Assembly (NCBI GenBank): GCA_964370715.1
Contig: CAYJKJ010000027.1
Coordinates: forward strand, 1-24,964
From: an uncultured Faecalibacterium sp.
Lineage (GTDB): Bacteria; Bacillota; Clostridia; Oscillospirales; Ruminococcaceae
Reading direction: 5' to 3'
Length of the DNA stretch: 24,964 nucleotides
The first letter of the stretch is position 1, and every line of letters starts with the position of its first letter. The position numbers and the translations under genes were made by a program. The notes under the pieces are model-generated. The model made no database searches and was not told the DNA's origin. It was given only the letters and a program-made list of their open reading frames with translations. Positions 7,844 to 16,362 of the stretch are shown in pieces.

Positions 7844-9061
7844 CTACTCCTCATAATACCTATTAAACTTCTCTCCCGTCGCTTCGGGGTATAAACTGCT
7901 GTTCCACACGTGATCAGTTAAACCCATATATTCATCCGTCACGTTGAAAAAGTTGTGGAAAACAGCTGTATCACCTGCAGCGTAAGGGTCGTTCCACGTT
8001 AGGTCTACGTTATACCATTCATCTTCAAGTTTAACCTTGTTCCAAGCGTGTGGTTCGCCGCCTTCAACCGCAACCGTTCCATCCACCGACACGCAGTCTA
8101 TCCCCAAAAGATCCATAAACAGTTGGAACGTCGAGGTATAGCCATAACATATCGCTACTTCATTATACAAAAGCCCATAAGGGTTTTCGTTGTCGGGGTC
8201 GGGGGTTGCGTTGGGGGATTGGCTGTTTGCTTGTTCATCGTATGAAGCGTTCATGATAATATAGTCATGTACCGCACGTTCCTTTTGATAATCGCTCATA
8301 TCGGGGGTTGTTATCTCTTGGATAATCGTTAAACACCGTTCAAGAATAAGATAGTTTTTTTGCGTGAGGTTGCTCATGTTCCCTGTTTCAAAAGCCATAA
8401 TAATCGAATCGCTATCATAAATGTCATCTTCGCTTACCGGTTGGGTCTCATCAAACAACGGTGCATCCTGTTTCGGCGTTTGTAGTATATCGCTCGACAG
8501 TCTCAAAGATCTTTCTTCTTGCTTCGGAATAGGGGGTGGATTGTTTGAAAAACTATCGGCAAACGCTTTGTTCATAGCATCGTTATCGCTCGATATCATC
8601 AACGCAACATAGCTTTTGTTTCTCGCTATAATCCCTTGTTCAGCTAGAAATGCTTGTTCCGGAATATATCCTATAAAGCTATTTGTTCTGCGTTCTATAT
8701 AGCTTTCGAGTTGCTGTTCTGCAAACTCTGCTTTTTGTTCATCTTCAAACAAAAGCACCGTCACTTCGTTTGCTAGCGCTCCGTTTGGATAGCAGATTAT
8801 CCCGTCGATTAGCCCCTCTGTCGTCATCTGATAGTATCGGTCGAAATACTGTTCAAAGTTTTCGTCGTTTGGCGTTAGCGGAAACATCTCCGGCATATCG
8901 CTTTGAGTTGCTAGCATTACCTCCGCTAGTTCGGTTGGGGTGTATAAAGTTTCGGTTGTCTGTTCCGTCGTGCTACATCCGGTTAAAAAACCTAAAAATA
9001 TTACTAAACCTAGTATTAAGCATTTGCAATTTGTATTCAATCCTATTTTTATTAACCTCAT
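7844..9061 (-). CDS. Lipoprotein with an N-terminal DUF4358-like domain and a C-terminal transglutaminase-like cysteine-protease domain
   Basis: Signal peptide MRLIKIGLNTNCKCLILGLVIFLGFLTGC with an LTGC lipobox; the track's extra MTKGINTKL start extends to 9088. C-terminal core CYGYTSTFQLFMDLLGIDCVSVDG...HAWNKV...WYNVDLTWND matches the Cys-His-Asp transglutaminase-like fold. Confidence 0.7.
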   Translation of the reverse strand: MRLIKIGLNTNCKCLILGLVIFLGFLTGCSTTEQTTETLYTPTELAEVMLATQSDMPEMFPLTPNDENFEQYFDRYYQMTTEGLIDGIICYPNGALANEVTVLLFEDEQKAEFAEQQLESYIERRTNSFIGYIPEQAFLAEQGIIARNKSYVALMISSDNDAMNKAFADSFSNNPPPIPKQEERSLRLSSDILQTPKQDAPLFDETQPVSEDDIYDSDSIIMAFETGNMSNLTQKNYLILERCLTIIQEITTPDMSDYQKERAVHDYIIMNASYDEQANSQSPNATPDPDNENPYGLLYNEVAICYGYTSTFQLFMDLLGIDCVSVDGTVAVEGGEPHAWNKVKLEDEWYNVDLTWNDPYAAGDTAVFHNFFNVTDEYMGLTDHVWNSSLYPEATGEKFNRYYEE

Positions 9062-9236
9062 CAATTTTGTATTTATTCCTTTCGTCAAATGTTTTTTTAA
9101 CTAAAAACAGCATTTACTAATACGCAAAAAGTTGAAACAATCTATTTTCAGTCATAACTAACTTTATTAAACAAATATATTGTATAATAACACAAACTAT
9201 ACTTTTTTTCTACAAAAAAATTTTAACAAATTTTAG

Positions 9237-9265
9237 TTGAAACAATCTTGATTTTCTTGTAAAAT
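9237..9265 (+). promoter_or_regulatory. Putative alaA promoter
   Basis: TTGAAA 9237-9242, 17-nt spacer, TAAAAT 9260-9265. Confidence 0.45.
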
Positions 9266-9350
9266 GTAGTATAAGTTAAAATCAATTATTTGCGGTAGTC
9301 GAAAAGTTTGAAAGTTGAAATTTCAAGCTTAAGGAAGGAATGGTTAAATA

Positions 9351-10565
9351 ATGAAGGAATTTAAAAAATCAACACGACTTAAAAATGTGCTATATGACAT
9401 AAGAGGTCCCGTTCTCGACGAAGCTATGAGGATGGAAAAAAACGGCGAGAAAATAATCAAACTCAACATCGGAAACCCGGCGCCGTTTGGGCTTAAGGCG
9501 AAGGATGCGTTGAACCAAGAAATGATAGCAAAGCTTTCGTTATCGGAGGGCTATTCCGAATCAAGGGGAATACTTCCTGCAAGAAACGCTATATGCGACT
9601 ACTACAAAAAAATCGGCATCTCAAACGCTTCTCCCGATTACATCTACACAGGAAATGGCGTGAGCGAGCTTATCCAGCTTTCTATGCAAGCTTTGTTAAA
9701 CCAAGGGGACGAAATCCTTGTTCCCTCCCCAAACTACCCTCTTTGGACTGCTTCGGTCTCGCTAACGGGAGCCACAGCGGTTCACTATATCTGCGACGAA
9801 CAAAGCGACTGGTTGCCCGACATCAACGACATCAAGAGCAAGATAACCGACAACACAAAGGGAATAGTTTTAATCAACCCCAACAACCCAACAGGGGCGG
9901 TCTATCCGAAACAACTGCTTTTGGATATCGCAAAACTTGCCAAAGAAAAAGAGATTATTGTTTTTTCTGATGAAATCTATGACCGCCTTTTGTTCGACGA
10001 TAATGTCCACTATCCCATTGCCGCCCTTGACCCGGAACTTCTTTGCGTAACATTTGGCGGTCTTTCAAAGTCCCACAACATAGCCGGATATCGACTAGGT
10101 TGGATGATGCTTTCGGGTCCTTTACAACAGATGTCGGGGTATATTGAGGGCATTAATATGCTGTCGTCTATGCGCCTTTGTAGCAACGTTCCGGCTCAAC
10201 AGCTCGCCGAATTTGCTTTAAGCGAATATGGCAAACCAAACCCGCTTATGCTTCCCGGCGGTAGGATTTATGAGCAACGAAATCTTATCTACAAAGCGAT
10301 GAACGATATCCCGGGAGTTTCTGCCGTTAAACCAAAAGGAGCGTTTTATATATTCCCAAAACTCGATATAAAACGGTTTAACATAACGAGCGACGAAAAA
10401 TTTGTGTTCGATTTCCTTAAAGAAAAAAAGATACTATTAGTTCATGGCGGAGGATTCCACCACAGCGAACCAGACCATTTCAGAATCGTGTTTTTGCCTG
10501 AAGTTGAGATGCTTGAAAAAGCTTCAAGCGCTCTTGATGACTTTTTGGCAACATACAAACAGTAG
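9351..10565 (+). CDS. alaA: Class I/II aminotransferase, alanine transaminase AlaA/YfbQ type
   Basis: 404 aa. N-terminus KSTRLKNVLYDIRGPVLDEAMRMEKNGEKIIKLNIGNPAPFGL is diagnostic for the AlaA family. The fold-type I region SKSHNIAGYRLGW carries the PLP lysine. Confidence 0.85.
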   Translation: MKEFKKSTRLKNVLYDIRGPVLDEAMRMEKNGEKIIKLNIGNPAPFGLKAKDALNQEMIAKLSLSEGYSESRGILPARNAICDYYKKIGISNASPDYIYTGNGVSELIQLSMQALLNQGDEILVPSPNYPLWTASVSLTGATAVHYICDEQSDWLPDINDIKSKITDNTKGIVLINPNNPTGAVYPKQLLLDIAKLAKEKEIIVFSDEIYDRLLFDDNVHYPIAALDPELLCVTFGGLSKSHNIAGYRLGWMMLSGPLQQMSGYIEGINMLSSMRLCSNVPAQQLAEFALSEYGKPNPLMLPGGRIYEQRNLIYKAMNDIPGVSAVKPKGAFYIFPKLDIKRFNITSDEKFVFDFLKEKKILLVHGGGFHHSEPDHFRIVFLPEVEMLEKASSALDDFLATYKQ

Positions 10566-10586
10566 ACCAAACAAGCTAACGCTAAA

Positions 10587-10632
10587 AACAGGTTGCGACA
10601 AAATTGATTTGTCACAACCTGTTTGTTTTTTT
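10587..10632. terminator. Bidirectional rho-independent terminator between convergent alaA and the CNNM gene
   Basis: AACAGGTTGCGACAAA-TTGA-TTTGTCACAACCTGTT, a 16-bp stem with one mismatch. TGTTTTTTT on the plus strand and a T-run on the minus strand. Confidence 0.7.
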
Positions 10633-10642
10633 GCAAAATATA

Positions 10643-11986
10643 TTATTCTTCCGATTTTTTCTCGGATTTTCCGTTGTCGGATTTTTTTGCAAGCACCTTC
10701 GAAATTCTATGGTCGTCAACCTCCAGAACGGTGAAAGTATATCCCGATTCTTCGATAGACGGCCGTTCCCCTTCTTCCGGTATACGGCGCAAACGATCGG
10801 TCAAAAGCCCCGCTATCGTTTCATAATCTCCAACATTCGAGAACACAATCTCAAGATCGTCTTCAACCTCTTCAAGGTCTGCTGTTCCGGCGATGATATA
10901 TTTATCTTCGGCAACTTTTTGGATCTCTTCCGGCTCGTCGTCGAATTCATCTTGGATGTTTCCAACGATGCTTTCGATTAGGTCTTCAACCGTTACAATT
11001 CCTGCCGTTCCGCCATATTCATCAACAACGACGGCTATCTGGCTACGTTTAACCCTCAGCTGCTCAAAAACCTCGTTACAAGGCGCAGTTTCCGGAACAA
11101 AGATTACATCTCTTATGCAATCATCAATTTTAAACTCACGTTTACTTTTAAAGATATATTTCAAAAGGTCTTTAGCAACAACTATACCTTTTATCTCGTC
11201 TATTCCGTCCTCGCCACAAACGGGAATTCTTGAATGTCCCGTCTCGTTTGTTAAGTTGACTATCTCTTCTAGCGATGTGTCGATGCTGATCCATTCAACT
11301 TCGGTTCTATGCGTCATAACATCGTTGACCGAAAGGTTGTTAAATTCAAAGATATTGTGGATCATCTCTTGCTCTGCCGGAGCTATCGTTCCATCCTGTT
11401 CGCCCTCGTCGATCATAAGGCGAATTTCCTCTTCGGTGACCTCTCGGTCTTTGTCGTTAGGGTCGATTCCTATGAGGCGCAAAACACCATTTGTCGAATG
11501 AGTTAAAAGCCAAATAAAAGGAGTTGAAACGATCGAGATATATTTTAGCGGCTGTGCTGCCATCTTTGAAATCGCTTCGGGATTTTTCATAGCAAGACGT
11601 TTTGGAACAAGTTCTCCGAAAACCAGCGTTGCATATGAAAGAAGCAACGTTATAACCACCAGCGAAACCGCTCTCACGGTGTCGGCCGGTATGCTCGTGT
11701 CTTTAAACCAATAAACGAAATATTCCGAAAAACTATCCGCCGCAAATGCGGAAGAGAGAAACCCCGAAAGGGTGACCCCCACTTGAATAGTTGCCAAAAA
11801 CTTTCCCGGTTCTTCGATAAGTCTAAACAAAATTTTTGAAGTTTTGTTTCCGCTTAGAGCATCTTTTTTAAGTTTTGCATCGTTTAAAGTTATAACTGCA
11901 ATTTCGCTCATTGAAAAAAAGCCGTTTATCAAAATGAGGACTAATAATAGAATAATACTACCTAATATAGTTTCGCCGTCAGGCAT
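10643..11986 (-). CDS. CNNM/CorC/TlyC-family transporter (DUF21 TM domain + CBS pair + CorC_HlyC domain)
   Basis: 447 aa from MPDGETILG (ATG 11984-11986, GGAG RBS). Four N-terminal TM helices, a tandem CBS region and a C-terminal transporter-associated domain. The track's 12007 start includes the RBS. Confidence 0.85.
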   Translation of the reverse strand: MPDGETILGSIILLLVLILINGFFSMSEIAVITLNDAKLKKDALSGNKTSKILFRLIEEPGKFLATIQVGVTLSGFLSSAFAADSFSEYFVYWFKDTSIPADTVRAVSLVVITLLLSYATLVFGELVPKRLAMKNPEAISKMAAQPLKYISIVSTPFIWLLTHSTNGVLRLIGIDPNDKDREVTEEEIRLMIDEGEQDGTIAPAEQEMIHNIFEFNNLSVNDVMTHRTEVEWISIDTSLEEIVNLTNETGHSRIPVCGEDGIDEIKGIVVAKDLLKYIFKSKREFKIDDCIRDVIFVPETAPCNEVFEQLRVKRSQIAVVVDEYGGTAGIVTVEDLIESIVGNIQDEFDDEPEEIQKVAEDKYIIAGTADLEEVEDDLEIVFSNVGDYETIAGLLTDRLRRIPEEGERPSIEESGYTFTVLEVDDHRISKVLAKKSDNGKSEKKSEE

Positions 11987-12022
11987 CTTTTTCTCCTTTT
12001 CAAACACATATGTATTTTTTTA

Positions 12023-12688
12023 TTAATAATCAAGTGCATTGCTGCCTTTGAGTATTTCAATTGCACTGCTCGTTCCGAGCCTGTCGCATCCTAGCTCAAC
12101 AAAAGCATTTATATCATCAATGTTTTTCATGCCGCCTGCCGCTTTAACTTTAACGTTTTCTCCGATATGTTGTTTAAACAGTTTAACATCTTCGACAGTA
12201 GCTCCCGCCGTTCCAAAACCGGTTGACGTCTTGATAAAATCAGCGCCGGCTTTTGTCACTATCTCGCAAAGTTTAATCTTCTCTGTTTCGGAAAGATAAC
12301 ACGTTTCGATTATAACCTTTAATATATTATCTCCGCAAGCTTTTTTTATCGCTTCTATCTCCAAAAGAACTTTATCAAACTCTTCATTTTTAACGTCGCC
12401 GATGTTGATAACCATATCAATCTCATCAGCTCCGTTTGAAATAGCGTCTTTTGTTTCAAAAACTTTCGTTTCGGTTGTCGAATATCCTAACGGAAAACCA
12501 ATAACTGTGCAGATAGTTAGTTTGTCGCCAAAGTTTTCTTTAACCCGTTTAACATAGGAAGCCGGTATACAAACCGACGCCGTGTTATATTTAATCGCTT
12601 GTTCGCAAAGTTGTTTAATTGAATCAAAATCTGCAAAGGCTTTGAGCTGTGTATGGTCAACTCTTTTGAGTATGTTGCTGTTTTCCAT
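12023..12688 (-). CDS. deoC: Deoxyribose-phosphate aldolase
   Basis: VDHTQLK, VIGFPLG and the FIKTSTGF Schiff-base lysine motif. ATG at 12686-12688 with an AAGGAG RBS 7 nt upstream. Confidence 0.9.
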   Translation of the reverse strand: MENSNILKRVDHTQLKAFADFDSIKQLCEQAIKYNTASVCIPASYVKRVKENFGDKLTICTVIGFPLGYSTTETKVFETKDAISNGADEIDMVINIGDVKNEEFDKVLLEIEAIKKACGDNILKVIIETCYLSETEKIKLCEIVTKAGADFIKTSTGFGTAGATVEDVKLFKQHIGENVKVKAAGGMKNIDDINAFVELGCDRLGTSSAIEILKGSNALDY

Positions 12689-12744
12689 CAAAAGCGCTCC
12701 TTAATATTTTTATAAACTTACTCGCATATTTAAAATCATTTTAA

Positions 12745-14325
12745 TTATGCGGCATCTTGGGTTTCGGGGGTCGTTGTCGCCTCGGGAGAAACTGTTGCTC
12801 CCGAAACTTTGGTGAATCTCATATCATAATACGAAGTCTGTGTGCTGTCGTAGTATTCCCTTAATACCATCTCGGTGTCGTTTCTTGTGACAAAAATTCT
12901 GTCGTAGTAGTAGTTGTTTTCGCCCTCTGTATAGTGTAGCACCAATCGTTTGTTTTCAACGTCGACGCTAACTGTTCCGCTTATCGTCGATTCGGTCTGC
13001 CAACTTCCGGTTTCATATCCTTTTGGATCGCTGTCGTTTGGAACAAGATATTTAAGGGTGAACGTTCCATCTTCGCCAAATGTTAGGTATTCAACCATAT
13101 TTTGTCCGCTGTTTTCGGTATAGGTGAATTCATCCGACAACCAAGAACCGATAATATATTCCGAATACGGATTATCTTGATCCTCTGTCGAACCGCCCAA
13201 AAGCGGAGACACAACGAAAATAGCCGCAAGAACACCAAGAACCGCTACTCCAACAAATATAAGCACCGTTATTATGATAGATTTAACACTCTTTGGTTTA
13301 TCATCATCGCTATCGTCGTGGCCTCCTTGTTGAGGCATTCCGGCAGTAGGTGTTTCTTGTTCTCCCTTTCCAAAAAGTTTCTTTTTGGTTTTTTTGGTCT
13401 TTTCCTCTGCTTCAAGCTCCAAAATCCCTGTCATTCCCATATCTGCCCTCATGTTTGGTATAGTTTGGGTTTGGGAATTTCTGTTTTGATTACGGTCTTG
13501 AATAGGTTTGAGAGGTGTCGGTTTTAATGGGCGCATATCCCCTCTGTTTTGCCCTTGCATATTATACCCCGGTTGTTGTTGCTGTTGTGGGTGGGGCTGT
13601 TGGGGATGGCCTTGGAACTGCTGAAGCTGTTGATAGCCCTCCGGTCTGCCATGTTGTTGCATCTGCCCACCCGGCATCTGTTGCGGCCTTTGAGCCGGTT
13701 GCCCTTGCATCTGCTGGGGTCTTTCGTATTGAGGTGTGTTTGGAATCTGTTGTCCATTAGGCATCTTGGATTGAGCCGGTGGTCGTTGCTGTTGAACATT
13801 GCCCATCTGTTGCCCTGAAGGTTGTCCTTGATGCGGTATATGTTGTGTTGGTTGTATAGCGCTTTGTTGTGGGTTTTGGGGTTGTCCTTGCTGTTGCATC
13901 GGTTGTCTTTGAGGTTGAACCTGTTGAACAGGTTGTTGCACCGATTGCTGTTGCTGAATTGGTTGCTGTGGTTGTTGTGGCTGAGCCGGTTGTTGCTGAA
14001 CAGGTTGAGCCGCCTGAGGCGGTTGCTGAGCCTGTATAGGTTGCCCTTGTGGTGGCATCTGTTGGTAGCTATAGTTTTGTTGCGGCGCCATATTGTTTGG
14101 GTTTTGGGGTTGTCCGTATGCCCCCATATTTATGTTTTGTTTTGAACCAAATTCTCTTGTCGTTTGAACTTCGTTTTGATTAAACTGGTTTTGAACAGCA
14201 TCATTTTGCGCTGAAACGTCGTTCGCCTGATGATTTTGGCCGCCACTCTTGATGTGACCGCATATCGGGCAAACAACCTCATTTTCCGCCATTGGGCATC
14301 CGCATTTTTCACATTCGTAATTCAT
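12745..14325 (-). CDS. Zinc-ribbon membrane protein with a ~260-aa Gln/Pro-rich disordered linker, one TM helix and a C-terminal GxW-motif beta-rich ectodomain (lipocalin-like)
   Basis: N-terminal YECEKCGCPM...CPICGH (CxxC...CxxC). Extreme Q/P low complexity, then a Lys-rich stretch and TM SIIITVLIFVGVAVLGVLAAIFVV. Ectodomain has GSW...GSW motifs. The start is translationally coupled: its RBS overlaps the stop of the upstream DUF2752 gene. Confidence 0.75.
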   Translation of the reverse strand: MNYECEKCGCPMAENEVVCPICGHIKSGGQNHQANDVSAQNDAVQNQFNQNEVQTTREFGSKQNINMGAYGQPQNPNNMAPQQNYSYQQMPPQGQPIQAQQPPQAAQPVQQQPAQPQQPQQPIQQQQSVQQPVQQVQPQRQPMQQQGQPQNPQQSAIQPTQHIPHQGQPSGQQMGNVQQQRPPAQSKMPNGQQIPNTPQYERPQQMQGQPAQRPQQMPGGQMQQHGRPEGYQQLQQFQGHPQQPHPQQQQQPGYNMQGQNRGDMRPLKPTPLKPIQDRNQNRNSQTQTIPNMRADMGMTGILELEAEEKTKKTKKKLFGKGEQETPTAGMPQQGGHDDSDDDKPKSVKSIIITVLIFVGVAVLGVLAAIFVVSPLLGGSTEDQDNPYSEYIIGSWLSDEFTYTENSGQNMVEYLTFGEDGTFTLKYLVPNDSDPKGYETGSWQTESTISGTVSVDVENKRLVLHYTEGENNYYYDRIFVTRNDTEMVLREYYDSTQTSYYDMRFTKVSGATVSPEATTTPETQDAA

Positions 14326-14337
14326 ATTAATACAACC

Positions 14338-14712
14338 TCACATTAATATATTCAAAATATTTTTTATAAGTAAAGACGTTACCAAACAAACACACATAAT
14401 CCCTGCCGGTATTAAAAAATTCAACGACCTATCGATCTTTTTTATGAAACAATAGGTATTAAACACAACCAAAACAACAAGCCAAACCGCTGTTAAAAGT
14501 GGCAACGGATTTTGAAGAAACGATTCAACAAACCTAAAATCGAACAGCAGACCTACCGCAGTTGTTATCCCACAAGTTGGGCAAAAAATACCCAAAGCAG
14601 ATCTTATCACACATGGAAAAGAAAAGTTTCCAACCTTTACATAAAGACCGCAAACAACAAATGACCCCAAAAGAACCAACGAAATTATAAGACGTTTTTT
14701 TGTTTGTATCAT
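14338..14712 (-). CDS. DUF2752 family membrane protein
   Basis: 124 aa, 4 TM. Conserved CPxCGxT motif (FCPTCGITTA) typical of DUF2752. Confidence 0.6.
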   Translation of the reverse strand: MIQTKKRLIISLVLLGSFVVCGLYVKVGNFSFPCVIRSALGIFCPTCGITTAVGLLFDFRFVESFLQNPLPLLTAVWLVVLVVFNTYCFIKKIDRSLNFLIPAGIMCVCLVTSLLIKNILNILM

Positions 14713-14731
14713 TTTTTAAACTGCAATATAA

Positions 14732-15235
14732 TTATGACCTAAACATTGTCGCAAAATTGTCGAAATAAAATGAATCAAATCCGCCAAACGAATCATATAA
14801 AAACGGATCAACTGCAAACGAAACCATCGTTTCAAACGCTGCATAGGTTAGCGAGAAAACGATAGCTACAAAAACACCAAACAAAATTCCGATGATCCCC
14901 AAAATTAAACCGATAATCGCAAAATCGCTTTTTTGGCTTTTTCGCCCTAGAATACCAAAGACAACTGCCGGAATACCAAACAAAAATCCAGTCACAGCGG
15001 TAAAGCAAGATACTATCGAAAGCCCCCCTAAAACGAGCGAAACTATGCCCATCCAGTTTCTTTTGCTGTCTCTTATGTCAACCGGTTGAAACGGAGTTTC
15101 TGTCGCACTGCTTTGAGTTTGGCTTTGCGTGTCGTTTTGCATCATTGGTTCAGCTTGAACTTCAAGTTGCTTTGCGCAGTATGGGCAAACATTAAAATCA
15201 GATTGAACTTCCCTGAAACAGCCGTTGCATTTCAT
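14732..15235 (-). CDS. Zinc-ribbon + DUF4190 membrane protein
   Basis: MKCNGCFREV...CPYCAK zinc ribbon, a Q/T/S-rich linker, then a two-TM DUF4190-type hairpin (GIPAVVFGILG...IIGLILGIIGILFG). GGGAGAAG RBS. Confidence 0.7.
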   Translation of the reverse strand: MKCNGCFREVQSDFNVCPYCAKQLEVQAEPMMQNDTQSQTQSSATETPFQPVDIRDSKRNWMGIVSLVLGGLSIVSCFTAVTGFLFGIPAVVFGILGRKSQKSDFAIIGLILGIIGILFGVFVAIVFSLTYAAFETMVSFAVDPFLYDSFGGFDSFYFDNFATMFRS

Positions 15236-15295
15236 AATAGTATCTTCTCCCTATATTAAATAAATATCAAATTTAAGTTCTTATATACTATATTA

Positions 15296-15324
15296 TTTTA
15301 TTATATTAACAATATAATGTCAAA
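15296..15324 (-). promoter_or_regulatory. Putative promoter of the Zn-ribbon/DUF2752 operon
   Basis: Minus sense: TTGACA (plus 15319-15324), 17-nt spacer, TAAAAT. A 244-nt AT-rich intergenic lies upstream of the 15235 start. Confidence 0.4.
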
Positions 15325-15479
15325 TAAATTAAATAAAAATCTTTAAAACACCGATAGCTCAAATATGCCTTGCGAAATTTTGCATAATAATCTATGAACA
15401 AACCACATCATAGTTTATCAATTAAAGCTTTTAAAACATAAAATATATCTACCTTGAAAATCTTGATTTTTTAACAATC

Positions 15480-16253
15480 TTAATTGTTTATTGTTCCTTT
15501 AAAAACAATGTTAGGTTTTCCCGAAAGAAACGCCGTTTTTTGTCGGTCAAACGTTATCGAAAGCGTTCCCCCTTGCATCTCAATAGGGATAATCTGTTTT
15601 TGCACAACATTGTTAATCACCGCGCTGTATGCAGTCGCAACCGCTCCCGTTCCGCATGACAACGTTTTGTTGCTCCCTTTTTCAAAAACCAGCGCTAAAA
15701 CATGGCCGTTTCTCACAGTGGCTATCTCTATATTAACGTTGTTTGCAAGCTGTTTATGTTTTTTTGTTTTTTGATATAGGCTATAAAGAAGTTGTTCCGA
15801 TATCTTATCGCAAAAAAACACAAGATGTTTGTTCCCAACATCGATAAGATCCGCCTTAAACCCACCAACGTTAAATTCATCAATTTTTTTTGGCATCCCC
15901 ATCTCGATACTAAACAAAAAGCTTTTATCTTTCAACGAAGCAACTTTAGCTAGCTTTAATCCGGCATTTGTTTCGAGGCTATAATAGCTACCATTGGTTT
16001 GGTGGTGAAGAAGTTTTGCAACCGACAATGCACCGTTCCCACACATAGCCCCTATCGTTCCGTCGCTGTTAAACATCTGCATTCTAGCATCCGCAACATC
16101 GCTTTTAGAAACTTTAATAAATCCATCTGAACCTATTCCAAAGTTTCTTTCACAAAGAGCTTTTACCCTGTCGGGCGAAACCTCAACATCTTTATTCTTG
16201 CAATCAACAACAATATAATCATTTCCAAACGATTCGATTTTTATAAAATCCAT
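15480..16253 (-). CDS. dapF: Diaminopimelate epimerase
   Basis: Active-site cysteines in MCGNG and SCGTG; N-terminal FIKIESFGNDYIVVD. ATG MDFIKIE preferred because of a GAGGTGGGGG RBS. The track start at 16265 is GTG, inside that RBS. Confidence 0.85.
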   Translation of the reverse strand: MDFIKIESFGNDYIVVDCKNKDVEVSPDRVKALCERNFGIGSDGFIKVSKSDVADARMQMFNSDGTIGAMCGNGALSVAKLLHHQTNGSYYSLETNAGLKLAKVASLKDKSFLFSIEMGMPKKIDEFNVGGFKADLIDVGNKHLVFFCDKISEQLLYSLYQKTKKHKQLANNVNIEIATVRNGHVLALVFEKGSNKTLSCGTGAVATAYSAVINNVVQKQIIPIEMQGGTLSITFDRQKTAFLSGKPNIVFKGTINN

Positions 16254-16362
16254 CTTATCCCCCACCTCACATTTTGTTTACCCATACTATGCAGTTTTTG
16301 TTTTTGTGGTTAATGTGTTATAATAAAAAAATCGAAAGTATTTTTTTATTCGAGGAAAATTA

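Noticed and set aside
10893-11501. 202-aa plus-strand ORF
   Set aside because: Antisense to the CNNM transporter gene. Ser-rich low complexity.
13822-14145. 107-aa Leu/Arg/Trp-rich plus-strand ORF, and neighbours at 13549-13818 and 13515-13760
   Set aside because: These are reverse-complement reading frames of the CAG/CAA-rich Gln tract (CTG/TTG gives Leu). They are not independent genes.
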